This document shows, one piece after another, positions 24,875 through 34,500 of a DNA stretch of 64,000 bases. Numbering within the stretch: the first letter of the stretch is position 1; each line of letters opens with the position of its first letter. A program made the position numbers and the translations under genes. This DNA is from Patescibacteria group bacterium (GTDB lineage Bacteria; Patescibacteriota; Patescibacteriia; UM-FILTER-42-10). The notes under the pieces are model-generated. The model ran no database searches. It was not told the DNA's origin and saw nothing but the letters and a program-made list of their open reading frames with translations. The stretch spans positions 6,080 to 70,079 of the forward strand of contig JBAYGC010000007.1 in NCBI GenBank assembly GCA_041666845.1, written 5' to 3'.

Positions 24875-25156
24875 AAATATAAACAAATAACTCGCTATTA
24901 GCACTACCCATTATCAGCCCAAGATCCACGTCTTTGAAGCAAACTGATCCACCCTAGGTAGAAACAATGGGTGTAAATCTCATATATACCCAAACATATA
25001 AACCACTCACTTACCCAAATTAACTATATGCTGGGATATACCACCGCAAAGTCACTAACAAACACAAATTCCAATAATTTGCAGATACGGGCTTCTATAT
25101 GAATTCAACAAATTAGCACAAGAGGGGATACTTTGCTCGTCTTTTGCGTCGTACAA

Positions 25157-25324
25157 CTATTTTATTACAGCTCCGGCAATCTTTTTACCAAGATTAGCAA
25201 TTATCTCAGTGTTTTTGTCCAAATATACTAAAGCAGTCAAAACGACCGTGAATAGTATAACAACCGCTAATAGGGTAATTAAATCACTTCTCAAATATGA
25301 AGTTTCTTTTTTTTCTTCTTCCAT
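25157..25324 (-). CDS. Possible small single-TM protein (55 aa) in tRNA-cluster intergenic region
   Basis: MEEEKKETSYLRSDLITLLAVVILFTVVLTALVYLDKNTEIIANLGKKIAGAVIK; below ORF-track length cutoff; weak SD. Confidence 0.2.
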   Translation of the reverse strand: MEEEKKETSYLRSDLITLLAVVILFTVVLTALVYLDKNTEIIANLGKKIAGAVIK

Positions 25325-25578
25325 AATATTTTTCTAACTACGTATATTCTAATTAAAAAGTGATAATTGCACAAGTGATATTGACGGATATATCTATTTT
25401 ATGTTGTAGTATGTTAGTTATCCACAGATTACCATATGAACATCTGTTTGCATATGTATTTTTGGACTAGAACCCCCAAAGTACCTAAGACCCCTTTGAA
25501 GCTATTAATTTCAAGTTCAGTTAATCGCCTGCTCATTGAGCTGTATAACTATCACTACCCAAAGCTATCTTACCAACA

Positions 25579-25605
25579 ATCAAAAAACCTCCCCGGTGGG
25601 GGAGG
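25579..25605 (-). terminator. Intrinsic terminator after yidC-operon distal gene
   Basis: CCTCCCC/GGGGAGG stem with 4-nt loop, TTTTTTGAT on minus strand (T-rich on plus as well). Confidence 0.6.
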
Positions 25606-25613
25606 ATTTTACT

Positions 25614-25916
25614 TTATAAAGAGACGGGTGGGGCAGATTTATTTTTACCAAGTTCTTTTGCGTTAAATAGTCTTTCCTTATTATCTCCGACAGAATCTTC
25701 CACGATCATTTTTTCTTTACTAATCGAAATGACTTGTGATTTATTAATAAGCAGTTCTTTTGAAAAAAACTCTTCAATCAGATTACTGCTCCTGATAATA
25801 TATTGCTCCACCTCGTGCGTATCAACATTGATAATTAATTCAGAAATTTTTCCCAATTCTTCACCTGAATTTGTAAAAACAGAGAGGTGTAGAAGTTTTT
25901 TGGAAGAAATTTTCAT
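25614..25916 (-). CDS. PRC-barrel-like small protein, last gene of rpmH-rnpA-yidD-yidC operon (occupies the position where jag normally sits)
   Basis: 100 aa; G.ELGKISELIINVDT..V..YII pattern reminiscent of PRC barrel; not a KH/R3H Jag. Confidence 0.35.
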   Translation of the reverse strand: MKISSKKLLHLSVFTNSGEELGKISELIINVDTHEVEQYIIRSSNLIEEFFSKELLINKSQVISISKEKMIVEDSVGDNKERLFNAKELGKNKSAPPVSL

Positions 25917-25918
25917 GA

Positions 25919-26704
25919 TTATTTTTGATCAATGACTTCAGGTTGCCCGGATTTATTTTTTTTATCTCTAAAAATCAGATACTGCTGACCAACCTGAAAC
26001 AAAGTAGAGGTCGCCCAATAAAGAGTTAGCCCCGCAGGGAATTGGATACCGAAAATGACAGTAATCACCGGCATGAAATACATCATTTGACGATTCATAG
26101 CCGCGGCTTTCCCTTCATCTTTACTGCCCTTGGTATCAATTTCCGGTTTTCTGCGCATCATCATTTTCCCCTGCAAGAATTGCAGTCCGCCGGCGATAAG
26201 GGCCAGGATATAATTTCCTTTTTTTGCCAAATCGACAAAGCCCAGAAACATGGCATTAATCGGCGTTGTAGCATATACATCCTTTAAATACCCGTATAAA
26301 TGCTGTACTTGGTCAGCAACCAGAATCCCAGTTTGCGAATCAGTTGTTAAGCCCCCAAAAAACACTCTGTATAAGGCGATCAATATTGGTAGCTGAATCA
26401 ACAAGGGGAGACAGGAAGAGAAGGGATTTACCTTATTTTCCTTGTAAAAACTCATCAGCTGTTTGCCCATTTCCTCACGATTATCCTTATATTTAGCCTT
26501 AATTGCGTCTAATTTAGGCTGGGTTTCCTGCAGCGTCTTCTGTGATTTAATCGATGATCGAGATGGCAGATAAAGCACTAGTTTAATCAATAAAGTAAGG
26601 ACAATTATCGCAATCCCCAGGTCTTTCCAGGGCAAAATATCATAAATATAAATAAGACCGTTAAAGAGTGGTTCGTAGAGTACTGTGTTGAAAAATGCTG
26701 CCAT
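25919..26704 (-). CDS. yidC: Membrane protein insertase YidC/Oxa1 family (short form)
   Basis: 261 aa; five TM core with conserved PLLIQLPILIALY and positively charged loop. Confidence 0.85.
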   Translation of the reverse strand: MAAFFNTVLYEPLFNGLIYIYDILPWKDLGIAIIVLTLLIKLVLYLPSRSSIKSQKTLQETQPKLDAIKAKYKDNREEMGKQLMSFYKENKVNPFSSCLPLLIQLPILIALYRVFFGGLTTDSQTGILVADQVQHLYGYLKDVYATTPINAMFLGFVDLAKKGNYILALIAGGLQFLQGKMMMRRKPEIDTKGSKDEGKAAAMNRQMMYFMPVITVIFGIQFPAGLTLYWATSTLFQVGQQYLIFRDKKNKSGQPEVIDQK

Positions 26705-26717
26705 AATTAGTTTTAAA

Positions 26718-27026
26718 TTACTTATTTAAATCTACTGGATCATAACCACCTTGACTATGGGGGTTACATTTTAAGATGCGTTTTGCCGATTTTATCCCAC
26801 CTCTTACAACCCCAAATTTCCCTACTGCCTGATACGTATAATCCGAGCAGGTTGGGAAGTATTTACAATAACCATAGGGGTGTTTATAGGCAAATAGCCC
26901 GTGGTCAGGAGATAATGTTCTTTGATAAGCTTTAACCAATAATAAAACCGCCTTGCGCGGCAATAAAACCAGCTCATTAGTCCTTCTTCTCGGCATATAA
27001 TCGTGATTTCCTAAACAATCTTTCAA
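26718..27026 (-). CDS. yidD: Membrane protein insertion efficiency factor YidD
   Basis: 102 aa; YQ...SP......C.Y.P.CS.Y...A....G...G..L...R..RC.P...GG.D motif; overlaps rnpA. Confidence 0.75.
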   Translation of the reverse strand: MKDCLGNHDYMPRRRTNELVLLPRKAVLLLVKAYQRTLSPDHGLFAYKHPYGYCKYFPTCSDYTYQAVGKFGVVRGGIKSAKRILKCNPHSQGGYDPVDLNK

Positions 27027-27333
27027 TTTCTTTTTCTATTTCGGTGAACTTTTTATTTTTTACTCCTGGTCGGGCGGAAATAATAAAGTCATACCCGGGT
27101 AAAATATCTTCAAGTTGTTTCTTGATAATCGCTCTCATTCTTCTCTTCAGTAGATTGCGATCAACGCTGTTTTTATAAATTTTAGAAGAGATAACAAAGC
27201 CAAAACGACTGTCCTCCTTTTTTCCTTTCTTGAGATACCGCAGAGAAAGCGCGGGCAGAAAAACCGAGTTTCTCCTTTCGTAGACTTTTTTAAAGTCCAC
27301 CTCATTGGTTAGGCGGTATTTTTTCGGAAGCAT
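26977..27333 (-). CDS. rnpA: Ribonuclease P protein component
   Basis: 118 aa; LPKKYRL N-terminus, RNR-like basic motif (KKGKKEDSRFGFVISSK). Confidence 0.85.
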   Translation of the reverse strand: MLPKKYRLTNEVDFKKVYERRNSVFLPALSLRYLKKGKKEDSRFGFVISSKIYKNSVDRNLLKRRMRAIIKKQLEDILPGYDFIISARPGVKNKKFTEIEKEIERLFRKSRLYAEKKD

Positions 27334-27345
27334 GATAAGAAAAAT

Positions 27346-27483
27346 TTAGGCAGATAACTTAGCCCGCTTTTTTGCTCTTCTTCTTTTCAAGACCTTTTTC
27401 CCAGTATGAGAACTCATTCTTTCTCGAAAACCGTGAGTCTTTTGTCTTTTTCTTTTCTTCGGCTGATATGTTCTTTTAGGCAT
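27346..27483 (-). CDS. rpmH: 50S ribosomal protein L34
   Basis: 45 aa, [45 protein letters not shown]; not in ORF track (too short); canonical position upstream of rnpA. Confidence 0.85.
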   Translation of the reverse strand: MPKRTYQPKKRKRQKTHGFRERMSSHTGKKVLKRRRAKKRAKLSA

Positions 27484-27699
27484 CTTTTTCTTTTATGATT
27501 TTTCTGTTACCTAATTATAAGTATATGTAGTCTATCAGACGAGGAGATGAAGGTCAACGCCTAAAAATATCCTTAAAATATTTATCCTCACTTTTTCCAC
27601 AGATTATGAACAAGGTCGTCTCGTTTTACCGATATCTGTCTTTAATGTTTTGTGGTATAGTCAGTATTAGTCAATATTTAGCAATAATCTTTACATGAT
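27484..27699. promoter_or_regulatory. Candidate oriC segment / dnaA promoter region with DnaA-box-like 9-mers
   Basis: TTATCCTCA (27582-27590), TTTTCCACA (27593-27601), TGTGGTATA (27651-27659); between divergent rpmH and dnaA. Confidence 0.45.
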
Positions 27700-29067
27700 A
27701 TGACAAAGGAGCAGTTGTGGCAGGCGGTCTTAGGGGAGTTAGAACTATCGCTGAGTAAAGCCAACTTTACCACTTGGTTTAATAATACCTTTGTTTCAGA
27801 GTTTGAAGATAATGTAGTAGTAATTGCCGTCCCGAATACTTTCACAAAGACATGGTTTGAAAATAAATATCATGGGGCTATTGCCCAGGCTTTGCAAAAT
27901 GTAACAGATGGTGGGGTTAAAGAAGTGACTTATAAGGTAGAGTCTTCTAAGAACCCCAAGAATGGCATGATTGCTAAAACCCAAACCACAGAAGCAGATC
28001 GAAAGGTTGACTCACTGAAGAAGAAAGATTCTGCAGAAGCAAATAATGGATTAAACCCCTTATATACTTTTGAGAATTTTGTCGTCGGCAAAGGAAATGA
28101 TCTGGCGAAAGCTGCTTGTATCGCAACCGCGGAAAAACCAGGGATTATTTATAATCCTCTTTTCATTTACGGTGGTGTTGGGCTGGGTAAGACCCATTTA
28201 CTACAGGCGGTTGGGCATCGCACTATGGAAGTTTATAATAACAAAAAGGTTGTTTATGTCACGTGCGAGAGTTTCACTAATGATTTTATTCAAGCGGTTA
28301 GTAACGGCCGGACAGAAAAATTTAAAGATTTTTATCGTTCTGTCGATGTTCTTTTGATTGATGACATCCAGTTTCTAGCCACTAAAGAAAGAACCCAAGA
28401 AGAGTTTTTTCATACCTTCAATGCCTTACATCAAGCCAGAAAACAAATTGTGATCAGTTCTGACCGCCCACCAAAAGCAATCCCAGCTCTTGAGAAAAGG
28501 CTGATTTCCCGCTTTGAATGGGGGATGATTGCTGACATCTCCAGCCCGGATCTTGAAACCAGAACCGCAATTCTAGAAACCAAGTGCCGGGAAAAGGGCT
28601 ACGAATTGAGTAATGAAATTCTTTCTTCTATCGCCGCCTCCGTTCACAATAACGTTCGTGAGCTTGAGGGGGCTTTAAACCGCATCATTGCCCACCATCA
28701 ATTGAATAACAGCGTACCTACACTAGAATCAACAAGAGAAGTGTTGTCCGCACTAGCTAACACGCCACGAAAAGGCGCTTTAACCCCAAAACAAGTTATT
28801 TCTACGGTTGCGGAATTTTATGAAATTAGCATTAAAGACTTGACCGGGGAAAGTAGAAAAAAAGAACTGGTGGTCCCCAGACAGATCTCTATGTTTTTAA
28901 TGAGAGAAGAAATAAAGACCTCCTACCCGAGTATTGGGCAAGAGGTTGGTGGCAGAGACCACACAACAGCAATGCATGCATACATGAAAATTACCAAAGA
29001 AGTTGAAGAAAATGAAAAAATCAAACAAGAAATTGATCTGATTCTTCAAAGGCTTTATAATAATTAA
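27700..29067 (+). CDS. dnaA: Chromosomal replication initiator protein DnaA
   Basis: 455 aa; AAA+ Walker A GGVGLGKTHLL, sensor/arginine finger region, C-terminal DNA-binding HTH. Confidence 0.95.
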   Translation: MTKEQLWQAVLGELELSLSKANFTTWFNNTFVSEFEDNVVVIAVPNTFTKTWFENKYHGAIAQALQNVTDGGVKEVTYKVESSKNPKNGMIAKTQTTEADRKVDSLKKKDSAEANNGLNPLYTFENFVVGKGNDLAKAACIATAEKPGIIYNPLFIYGGVGLGKTHLLQAVGHRTMEVYNNKKVVYVTCESFTNDFIQAVSNGRTEKFKDFYRSVDVLLIDDIQFLATKERTQEEFFHTFNALHQARKQIVISSDRPPKAIPALEKRLISRFEWGMIADISSPDLETRTAILETKCREKGYELSNEILSSIAASVHNNVRELEGALNRIIAHHQLNNSVPTLESTREVLSALANTPRKGALTPKQVISTVAEFYEISIKDLTGESRKKELVVPRQISMFLMREEIKTSYPSIGQEVGGRDHTTAMHAYMKITKEVEENEKIKQEIDLILQRLYNN

Positions 29068-29159
29068 CTTTTTGGTGGAAAAGATTGTTGATAAAGGATG
29101 TAGATAATTTGTTTAGAAGTCAGAAGTATTTCTTCATTTAAACTGGTGCACAGTACACT

Positions 29160-29278
29160 CATCTACTTATCCAAAACAAAGTGTTAATAAAAACTTCTTA
29201 AAACAAAAGAGAAAGTAAAGAATCACGATCGTTATCCACTTATTAACATTATTACTACTATAATTAATATAATATACT
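29160..29278. promoter_or_regulatory. dnaA-dnaN intergenic region with DnaA boxes and AT-rich DUE-like tract
   Basis: TTATCCAAA (29167-29175), TTATCCACT (29232-29240), then ATTATTACTACTATAATTAATATAATATACT. Confidence 0.45.
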
Positions 29279-30385
29279 ATGAAACTATATTGTACTCAGG
29301 AGAATTTAAACAGGGGATTAAATATTGTCAGTCATCTTGCAGGTAAAAATACCACCTTGCCAATACTTGATAATATTTTAGTGAGTATTGAAAATGGAGT
29401 AATTCAACTTTCCACCACAAATTTGGAAATGGGGATCAGTTGTAAAATAAGAGGCAAGGTTGAAAGCGAAGGGAAAACAACTATCCCGGCGAAACTGTTT
29501 GCTGATTATGTCAGTCTTTTACCAAACGAAAAAATTTATATAGAAGAAACAGAAAAAAAGATTTATATCAGTTGCACAGATCAAGAGACGACAATTCAAG
29601 GGATGTCGGCGGAAGATTATCCACTGATCCCGTCTTTAGAAAAAAAGAATAAAATTGTAATCAAAGCCGAGGACTTAAAAAATGTAGTTAGGGAAACACT
29701 GTTCGCGGCGGCCTATGATGAAACTAGACCGGAAATCAGCGGAGTATTAGTCAAAATAGAGGGTAATAAAGCAAGGTTTGTTGCCACAGACAGTTACCGG
29801 TTGGCTGAAAAAACAATAATTATTGACGCAAAAGAGGTGGGAGATGTGGAAAGTATCTTACCTTCCAGAACACTACAAGAGTTGGTTAGGATTGTCGGGA
29901 TGTCTCAGGTAGAAGAAATAGAGATGTATATAGCAGAGAATCAGGTGTTGTTTTGTCTTGATGACGTTGAAATTATTTCCCGGGCAATTGAGGGTAATTA
30001 CCCGGATTACCAGCAGATAATTCCAAAAGATAAAAAAACCGCAGTGCTTGCCAATAAAGAAGACCTGTTGAAAGTAATAAAAACAACCAGCTTGTTTTCC
30101 AAGAGCGGAATTAATGATGTAAATCTAAAAGTCGTTACGGAAAATAAAGAATTGATTGTGTCAGCAATTAATTCACAGTTGGGTGAAAACATATCGAGAA
30201 TGAAAGTGGAGATTGAAGGCGAAGATAACCAGATAGTTTTCAATCATCGTTACCTTCTGGACGGATTGCAAAGTATTAATTCCGAAAGAGTATCGCTGGA
30301 AATAATTAATAATACCAATCCAGGGGTAGTTAGGCCGGAAAATGACGAAAATTATGTCTATATAATTATGCCGATAAAGCAGTAG
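29279..30385 (+). CDS. dnaN: DNA polymerase III beta sliding clamp
   Basis: 368 aa; three-domain clamp, N-terminal LNRGLNIVSH...TLPIL. Confidence 0.9.
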   Translation: MKLYCTQENLNRGLNIVSHLAGKNTTLPILDNILVSIENGVIQLSTTNLEMGISCKIRGKVESEGKTTIPAKLFADYVSLLPNEKIYIEETEKKIYISCTDQETTIQGMSAEDYPLIPSLEKKNKIVIKAEDLKNVVRETLFAAAYDETRPEISGVLVKIEGNKARFVATDSYRLAEKTIIIDAKEVGDVESILPSRTLQELVRIVGMSQVEEIEMYIAENQVLFCLDDVEIISRAIEGNYPDYQQIIPKDKKTAVLANKEDLLKVIKTTSLFSKSGINDVNLKVVTENKELIVSAINSQLGENISRMKVEIEGEDNQIVFNHRYLLDGLQSINSERVSLEIINNTNPGVVRPENDENYVYIIMPIKQ

Positions 30386-30391
30386 GGAATT

Positions 30392-30685
30392 ATGAGAAAG
30401 ATAGAAAATCTTCTGGAGGATTCTCTGGTACGTGCCGGAATCGAACAAAAGATAAATACAATGAGGGTAATTTATGAAGTAAAGAAAATATTTCTTGGTA
30501 TGTTTGGGATAAATTCCCGCTATACTATTGTTCCTAAAACGATCAAAGAAAAAATGTTGGTGGTTGAGGTAAGAAATGAATCAGATATCGAAGAAGTTAA
30601 AAATCGCGAAGAAGAGATTCTGGTTGAATTGGAAAATAAACTAAAAAAAACCGCAGTAAAAAGATTGCGCTTCCAAGTAAGATAA
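30392..30685 (+). CDS. DUF721 (DciA-like) small protein downstream of dnaN
   Basis: 97 aa; position and hydrophobic pattern (..RVIYEV...FLGMFG...Y.IVP....K..L.V.V.N...) match DUF721 proteins found next to dnaN/recF/gyrB. Confidence 0.4.
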   Translation: MRKIENLLEDSLVRAGIEQKINTMRVIYEVKKIFLGMFGINSRYTIVPKTIKEKMLVVEVRNESDIEEVKNREEEILVELENKLKKTAVKRLRFQVR

Positions 30686-30689
30686 CTTT

Positions 30690-33533
30690 TTATTCGATAA
30701 CTAAAGGCAAGAGGTCGCTCGTTGCCCTTTTGTTATTTCTAGTAGTTACAGAAATGTATAAATTATATGATCCTGTCTCCGGATAATCTTGCCACTGAAT
30801 AGTATTGGAGTTTGACCCCGGGTTGGTAATGGAATTGATTAGTGTGGGAGATGAGACCCCTGGTTGGGAGTAATATAAACTAATTTTTTCGATACCTTCT
30901 GGGCTATATGAATAGCTATTGATCGACAGCGGGAAATTATTCTGGTTGAAAATATCATTTGCGCTGGGGGATACAAAATAAACAGTTGCCGAAAGATTGG
31001 AACTATAAGTAAAGTTGACGCTCTCTTGGGAACTGTTGGCAACTTCATCATAAGCGACTACTGTTAAAGTATGCTTGCCATTGGTGAGATTGAAAGCGGA
31101 GTAGGTTGTTTGGAAAGGGGTATTAGTTACGGTTTCTACCAAAGTCTTATCAATATAGTATTCCACCTTAGTAATCTCATGATTATCTTTAGCCGAGAAT
31201 TGTGCCGAGACGGAAAAGGTTTCCTCATTCAGTTCGGCATCTTTAGCCGGCTTTTTTATAGTAACGGTCGGTTGTTGGTCCGATGGTCTGAAATTACAAT
31301 CTTCAAAAACTTCCTGACCAGCAGATACATAACCATTTCTTTGTGCCCACGCGCGGACCGGGGCTTCCCACTGATTGTACTGCGGATCACTTGTCGGATT
31401 GGATGGTATTGGACCATCCGGATCATTTTTGTCGACATAATGAAGAATGGTATGCGTTTCTTTATAGCTTACCTCCTTGGTATATTTTGAGGGGTATGAA
31501 TCAATACAGCTTTGCGGGATTGTTTTGCCGGAATAAATGTCGACTACCCTGGTTGTTACTGTGTCGATTTCTCCCCTTAAGATCGGCTTCTTTGAATCAT
31601 TTGGTGCTGGAGCATTGAAAGTTTCTACTGGTGAACCGACTAAGACTCTCTTCATAAACTGATTCCAAATTGGTGCCGCAACAATTGACCCGTCGGCACC
31701 GTGGGACATTTCCGAGTTATCATTATTCCCAACCCAAACACCAGCGGCAATGGATGGGGTATAACCCATTGTCCAGGCGTCTTTATAGTCGTTAGTAGTA
31801 CCTGTTTTGGTTGCCACGGGGCGATCCGGTAAGGTTAAGTAGTTGGAAGCACCGAAAATATATGCCCGAGCATCATTATCAGTAAGTATGCTGTTTAATT
31901 GTCGTACGGCATTTTTGTCAATTACTTCCGTTCCTTCTGATTCGGTGAATTCTTCTAAAACTTTACCATCCCGGTCTTCAACTTTCATAATAGCGGTATG
32001 GGGGTGACGTACTCCTTCGCGGGCCAATGTGGAATAAGCGGAAACATGTTCCAATAATTTTACGTCACCACCGCCTAATACTAAGGAAAGCCCATAGCGA
32101 TCGGGGTCGTTTAGTGTGGTATAACCAAGATCGTGTGCGGTGTCGATTACATTATTAACCCCGGCTAAGTAAAGCGTTTTCACAGCTGGTATATTGAGTG
32201 ATCCCGCCAAAGCTTTTCTCATTGATACGGGTCCTCGCTCACCACCATCATAGTTTGAAGGAGAATAGTCTCCGAAGTCTGTTTTCAAATCGAATAGCAT
32301 GGTTTCCGGAGTATATCCTCTCTCAAAGGCGGTAACATAGGCGATTGGTTTAAAAGATGATCCTGGTTGGTTACCACGGATTGCTATATTGACTTGCCCG
32401 TCGATGTTTTCATCAAAATAATTACGCGAACCGACCATGGTTAAGATTTGCCCCGTTTTGGTGTCAATAGCAACCAAGGCGGCATTTTCAGCGTTGTATC
32501 GGGCTTCGTTTTTCGGAACCTGCTCTGCAATTATCTCCTCTGCTATTTTTTGTTTATCATAATCAAGCGTGGTGATGACTTTCAGTCCTCCCTCTTCGAC
32601 TACTCTTTCGCCGTATTTTTCTGTTAGTAATTCCTTAACATACATTACAAAGTGCGGTGCTTCAATATCTGTAGATTGAGAAACAAAAACTAACTCAGTG
32701 TTTTTCGCTTCTTCCGCCTGTGTTTCAGTAATATATCCTTGTTCAACCATGAGATCTAGAATATATTGCTGCCTGCCTATTAAAATGTCCTTATTTGATC
32801 CATAAGGAGAATAGCGGGTAGGGGCTTGTGGTAGAGCTGCAAGAATAGCCGCTTCTGCTAGATTGATATCCTGTACATTCTTGCCAAAATATTTTTGACT
32901 GGCTGTTTGTACACCATATGCAGTTGATCCGTAGGGTATCTCATTTAAATACATCTGCAAAATCTCATCCTTTGAAAATTTATTTTCAATCTGGTATGAC
33001 AGTATCCATTCTTTAATTTTTCTAGTTACGGTTCTTTCGTCAGTAAGGATTGAATTTTTAACAAATTGTTGAGTTAGAGTTGAGCCACCTTGAGCGCTCC
33101 CGCCCCTTAATTTTTGTAGTACTACACCTCGAAATATACCCCAAAGACTTACACCACCGTGCTTATAGAAGTTCTTATCCTCCATGGATATTGTTGCTTG
33201 TTCTAGGTAGTCAGGAATATCTTTCAAAGTAACAAGAGTTCTTTTTTTGTCACCATAAATCTCGTATAAAAGATGTTCGCCGGTGCGGTCAAATATTTGA
33301 GTACTTTGTGCAATATTTCTTTCCAGAATCTTATCTGGATCAGGCAGGTCTCTGGAAATCCATGCGAACATGCCGATTACCACTACGACCCCGGCTAGAA
33401 ATAGAATACCGAAAAGCCTGAGATAAAAAGCTTTACCTTTGTGTTTTTTGGTTTTTTTACCTGTTTCCGGAGAGCCAACCGGCCGGCTTTTCCAGGAACG
33501 CTGGTATTTGGGTGATAATTGTGGTATTGGCAT
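30690..33533 (-). CDS. Class A penicillin-binding protein (PBP1A-type transglycosylase/transpeptidase) with about 300-aa C-terminal Ig-like extension
   Basis: 947 aa; N-terminal TM; GT51 motifs EDKNFYKHGG, RKIKEW; TP motifs SSFK, SxN (SPSN), KTGTT; C-terminal beta-rich repeats. Confidence 0.85.
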   Translation of the reverse strand: MPIPQLSPKYQRSWKSRPVGSPETGKKTKKHKGKAFYLRLFGILFLAGVVVVIGMFAWISRDLPDPDKILERNIAQSTQIFDRTGEHLLYEIYGDKKRTLVTLKDIPDYLEQATISMEDKNFYKHGGVSLWGIFRGVVLQKLRGGSAQGGSTLTQQFVKNSILTDERTVTRKIKEWILSYQIENKFSKDEILQMYLNEIPYGSTAYGVQTASQKYFGKNVQDINLAEAAILAALPQAPTRYSPYGSNKDILIGRQQYILDLMVEQGYITETQAEEAKNTELVFVSQSTDIEAPHFVMYVKELLTEKYGERVVEEGGLKVITTLDYDKQKIAEEIIAEQVPKNEARYNAENAALVAIDTKTGQILTMVGSRNYFDENIDGQVNIAIRGNQPGSSFKPIAYVTAFERGYTPETMLFDLKTDFGDYSPSNYDGGERGPVSMRKALAGSLNIPAVKTLYLAGVNNVIDTAHDLGYTTLNDPDRYGLSLVLGGGDVKLLEHVSAYSTLAREGVRHPHTAIMKVEDRDGKVLEEFTESEGTEVIDKNAVRQLNSILTDNDARAYIFGASNYLTLPDRPVATKTGTTNDYKDAWTMGYTPSIAAGVWVGNNDNSEMSHGADGSIVAAPIWNQFMKRVLVGSPVETFNAPAPNDSKKPILRGEIDTVTTRVVDIYSGKTIPQSCIDSYPSKYTKEVSYKETHTILHYVDKNDPDGPIPSNPTSDPQYNQWEAPVRAWAQRNGYVSAGQEVFEDCNFRPSDQQPTVTIKKPAKDAELNEETFSVSAQFSAKDNHEITKVEYYIDKTLVETVTNTPFQTTYSAFNLTNGKHTLTVVAYDEVANSSQESVNFTYSSNLSATVYFVSPSANDIFNQNNFPLSINSYSYSPEGIEKISLYYSQPGVSSPTLINSITNPGSNSNTIQWQDYPETGSYNLYISVTTRNNKRATSDLLPLVIE

Positions 33534-33563
33534 GGGTTCAAATGAAAAACAATAATAGCTTAA

Positions 33564-34433
33564 TTATTGTTGCTTTGTCAAAGCCTGTTTAGCTAGCATT
33601 GCCGCTCCGATAATTGCACTATTTTTCAGCGAAGAGATTCTGATTGAGCAGGGTCGGATCAGTGATCTTCTGGCCATTTCTTTGTGCATGGAAAGAGTAA
33701 AGAACTTCCATGCCTGGCTGATTTTTCCACCGAGTACAATCACGTCAGGGTCATAAACATTGATTGTATTAACTAGCCCGATGCCGAGATATTTACCCAT
33801 TTCTCGCCAGGCGCGTAGAGCTTTAACATTACCGCGTTTCGCTAGCTTATAAAGACCATATCCGTCTGTGGTCGGCAGGTCATATTTTCTGGCCAGCCAG
33901 GCGACCCCCTTTTTACCGACGTATTGTTCAAAACAGCCGGAGTTACCACATTCGCATTGCGGTCCGTTGTAATCCAGAGTGGTGTGCCCGATTTCCGAAG
34001 CTTCTTTTCTGCCATGGTATATCTTCTGGTCAATCACCAGCCCCCCGCCGATCCCTGTGCCCAGAGTAATACCGGTTACAATATCATGGTGTTTCCCTTT
34101 CCCTACCAATGCTTCTGCTAAGGCGAAACAATTCGCGTCGTTGTCTAAGAATACCGGTAGACTGAAAGCGCGTTCCAGACGACTCTTGATTAGAGAACCT
34201 CGAACGGGTATGTTAACCGCTGCCGGCCAACCTAAACCGATTCCAGCGCAGTCCGGTGATGATTGTAAAAGTTGGCGTACATTTTCAACTACCTTTTTTA
34301 TAATTAGCCTTTGGCGATGACGAGTCGGTACCAAGGTGGTAAAAGTTTCCAGCACCTTGCCCTTAGCAGAAACAAGCCCACCCTCTAAAGTGGTCCCGCC
34401 CATATCGATTCCGATGTATGTTTTTTGTTTCAT
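33564..34433 (-). CDS. ROK-family glucokinase
   Basis: 289 aa; IGIDMGGT ATP motif, zinc CECGNSGC ROK signature. Confidence 0.8.
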   Translation of the reverse strand: MKQKTYIGIDMGGTTLEGGLVSAKGKVLETFTTLVPTRHRQRLIIKKVVENVRQLLQSSPDCAGIGLGWPAAVNIPVRGSLIKSRLERAFSLPVFLDNDANCFALAEALVGKGKHHDIVTGITLGTGIGGGLVIDQKIYHGRKEASEIGHTTLDYNGPQCECGNSGCFEQYVGKKGVAWLARKYDLPTTDGYGLYKLAKRGNVKALRAWREMGKYLGIGLVNTINVYDPDVIVLGGKISQAWKFFTLSMHKEMARRSLIRPCSIRISSLKNSAIIGAAMLAKQALTKQQ

Positions 34434-34463
34434 TTGTGTCTTTCTATTATATCAGGAGTGGTG

Positions 34464-34469
34464 TATAAT
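34464..34469 (+). promoter_or_regulatory. Candidate -10 (TGTATAAT, TG-extended) for tyrS
   Basis: TATAAT at 34464-34469 preceded by TG; about 30 nt upstream of GTG start. Confidence 0.3.
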
Positions 34470-34500
34470 TTGAATATCTAAGCCTTATTTCCCAGCAAAA

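Noticed and set aside
30007-30448. Minus-strand ORFs 30007-30243 and 30173-30448 at dnaN 3' end
   Set aside because: Antisense to dnaN. Hydrophobic low-complexity shadow frames.
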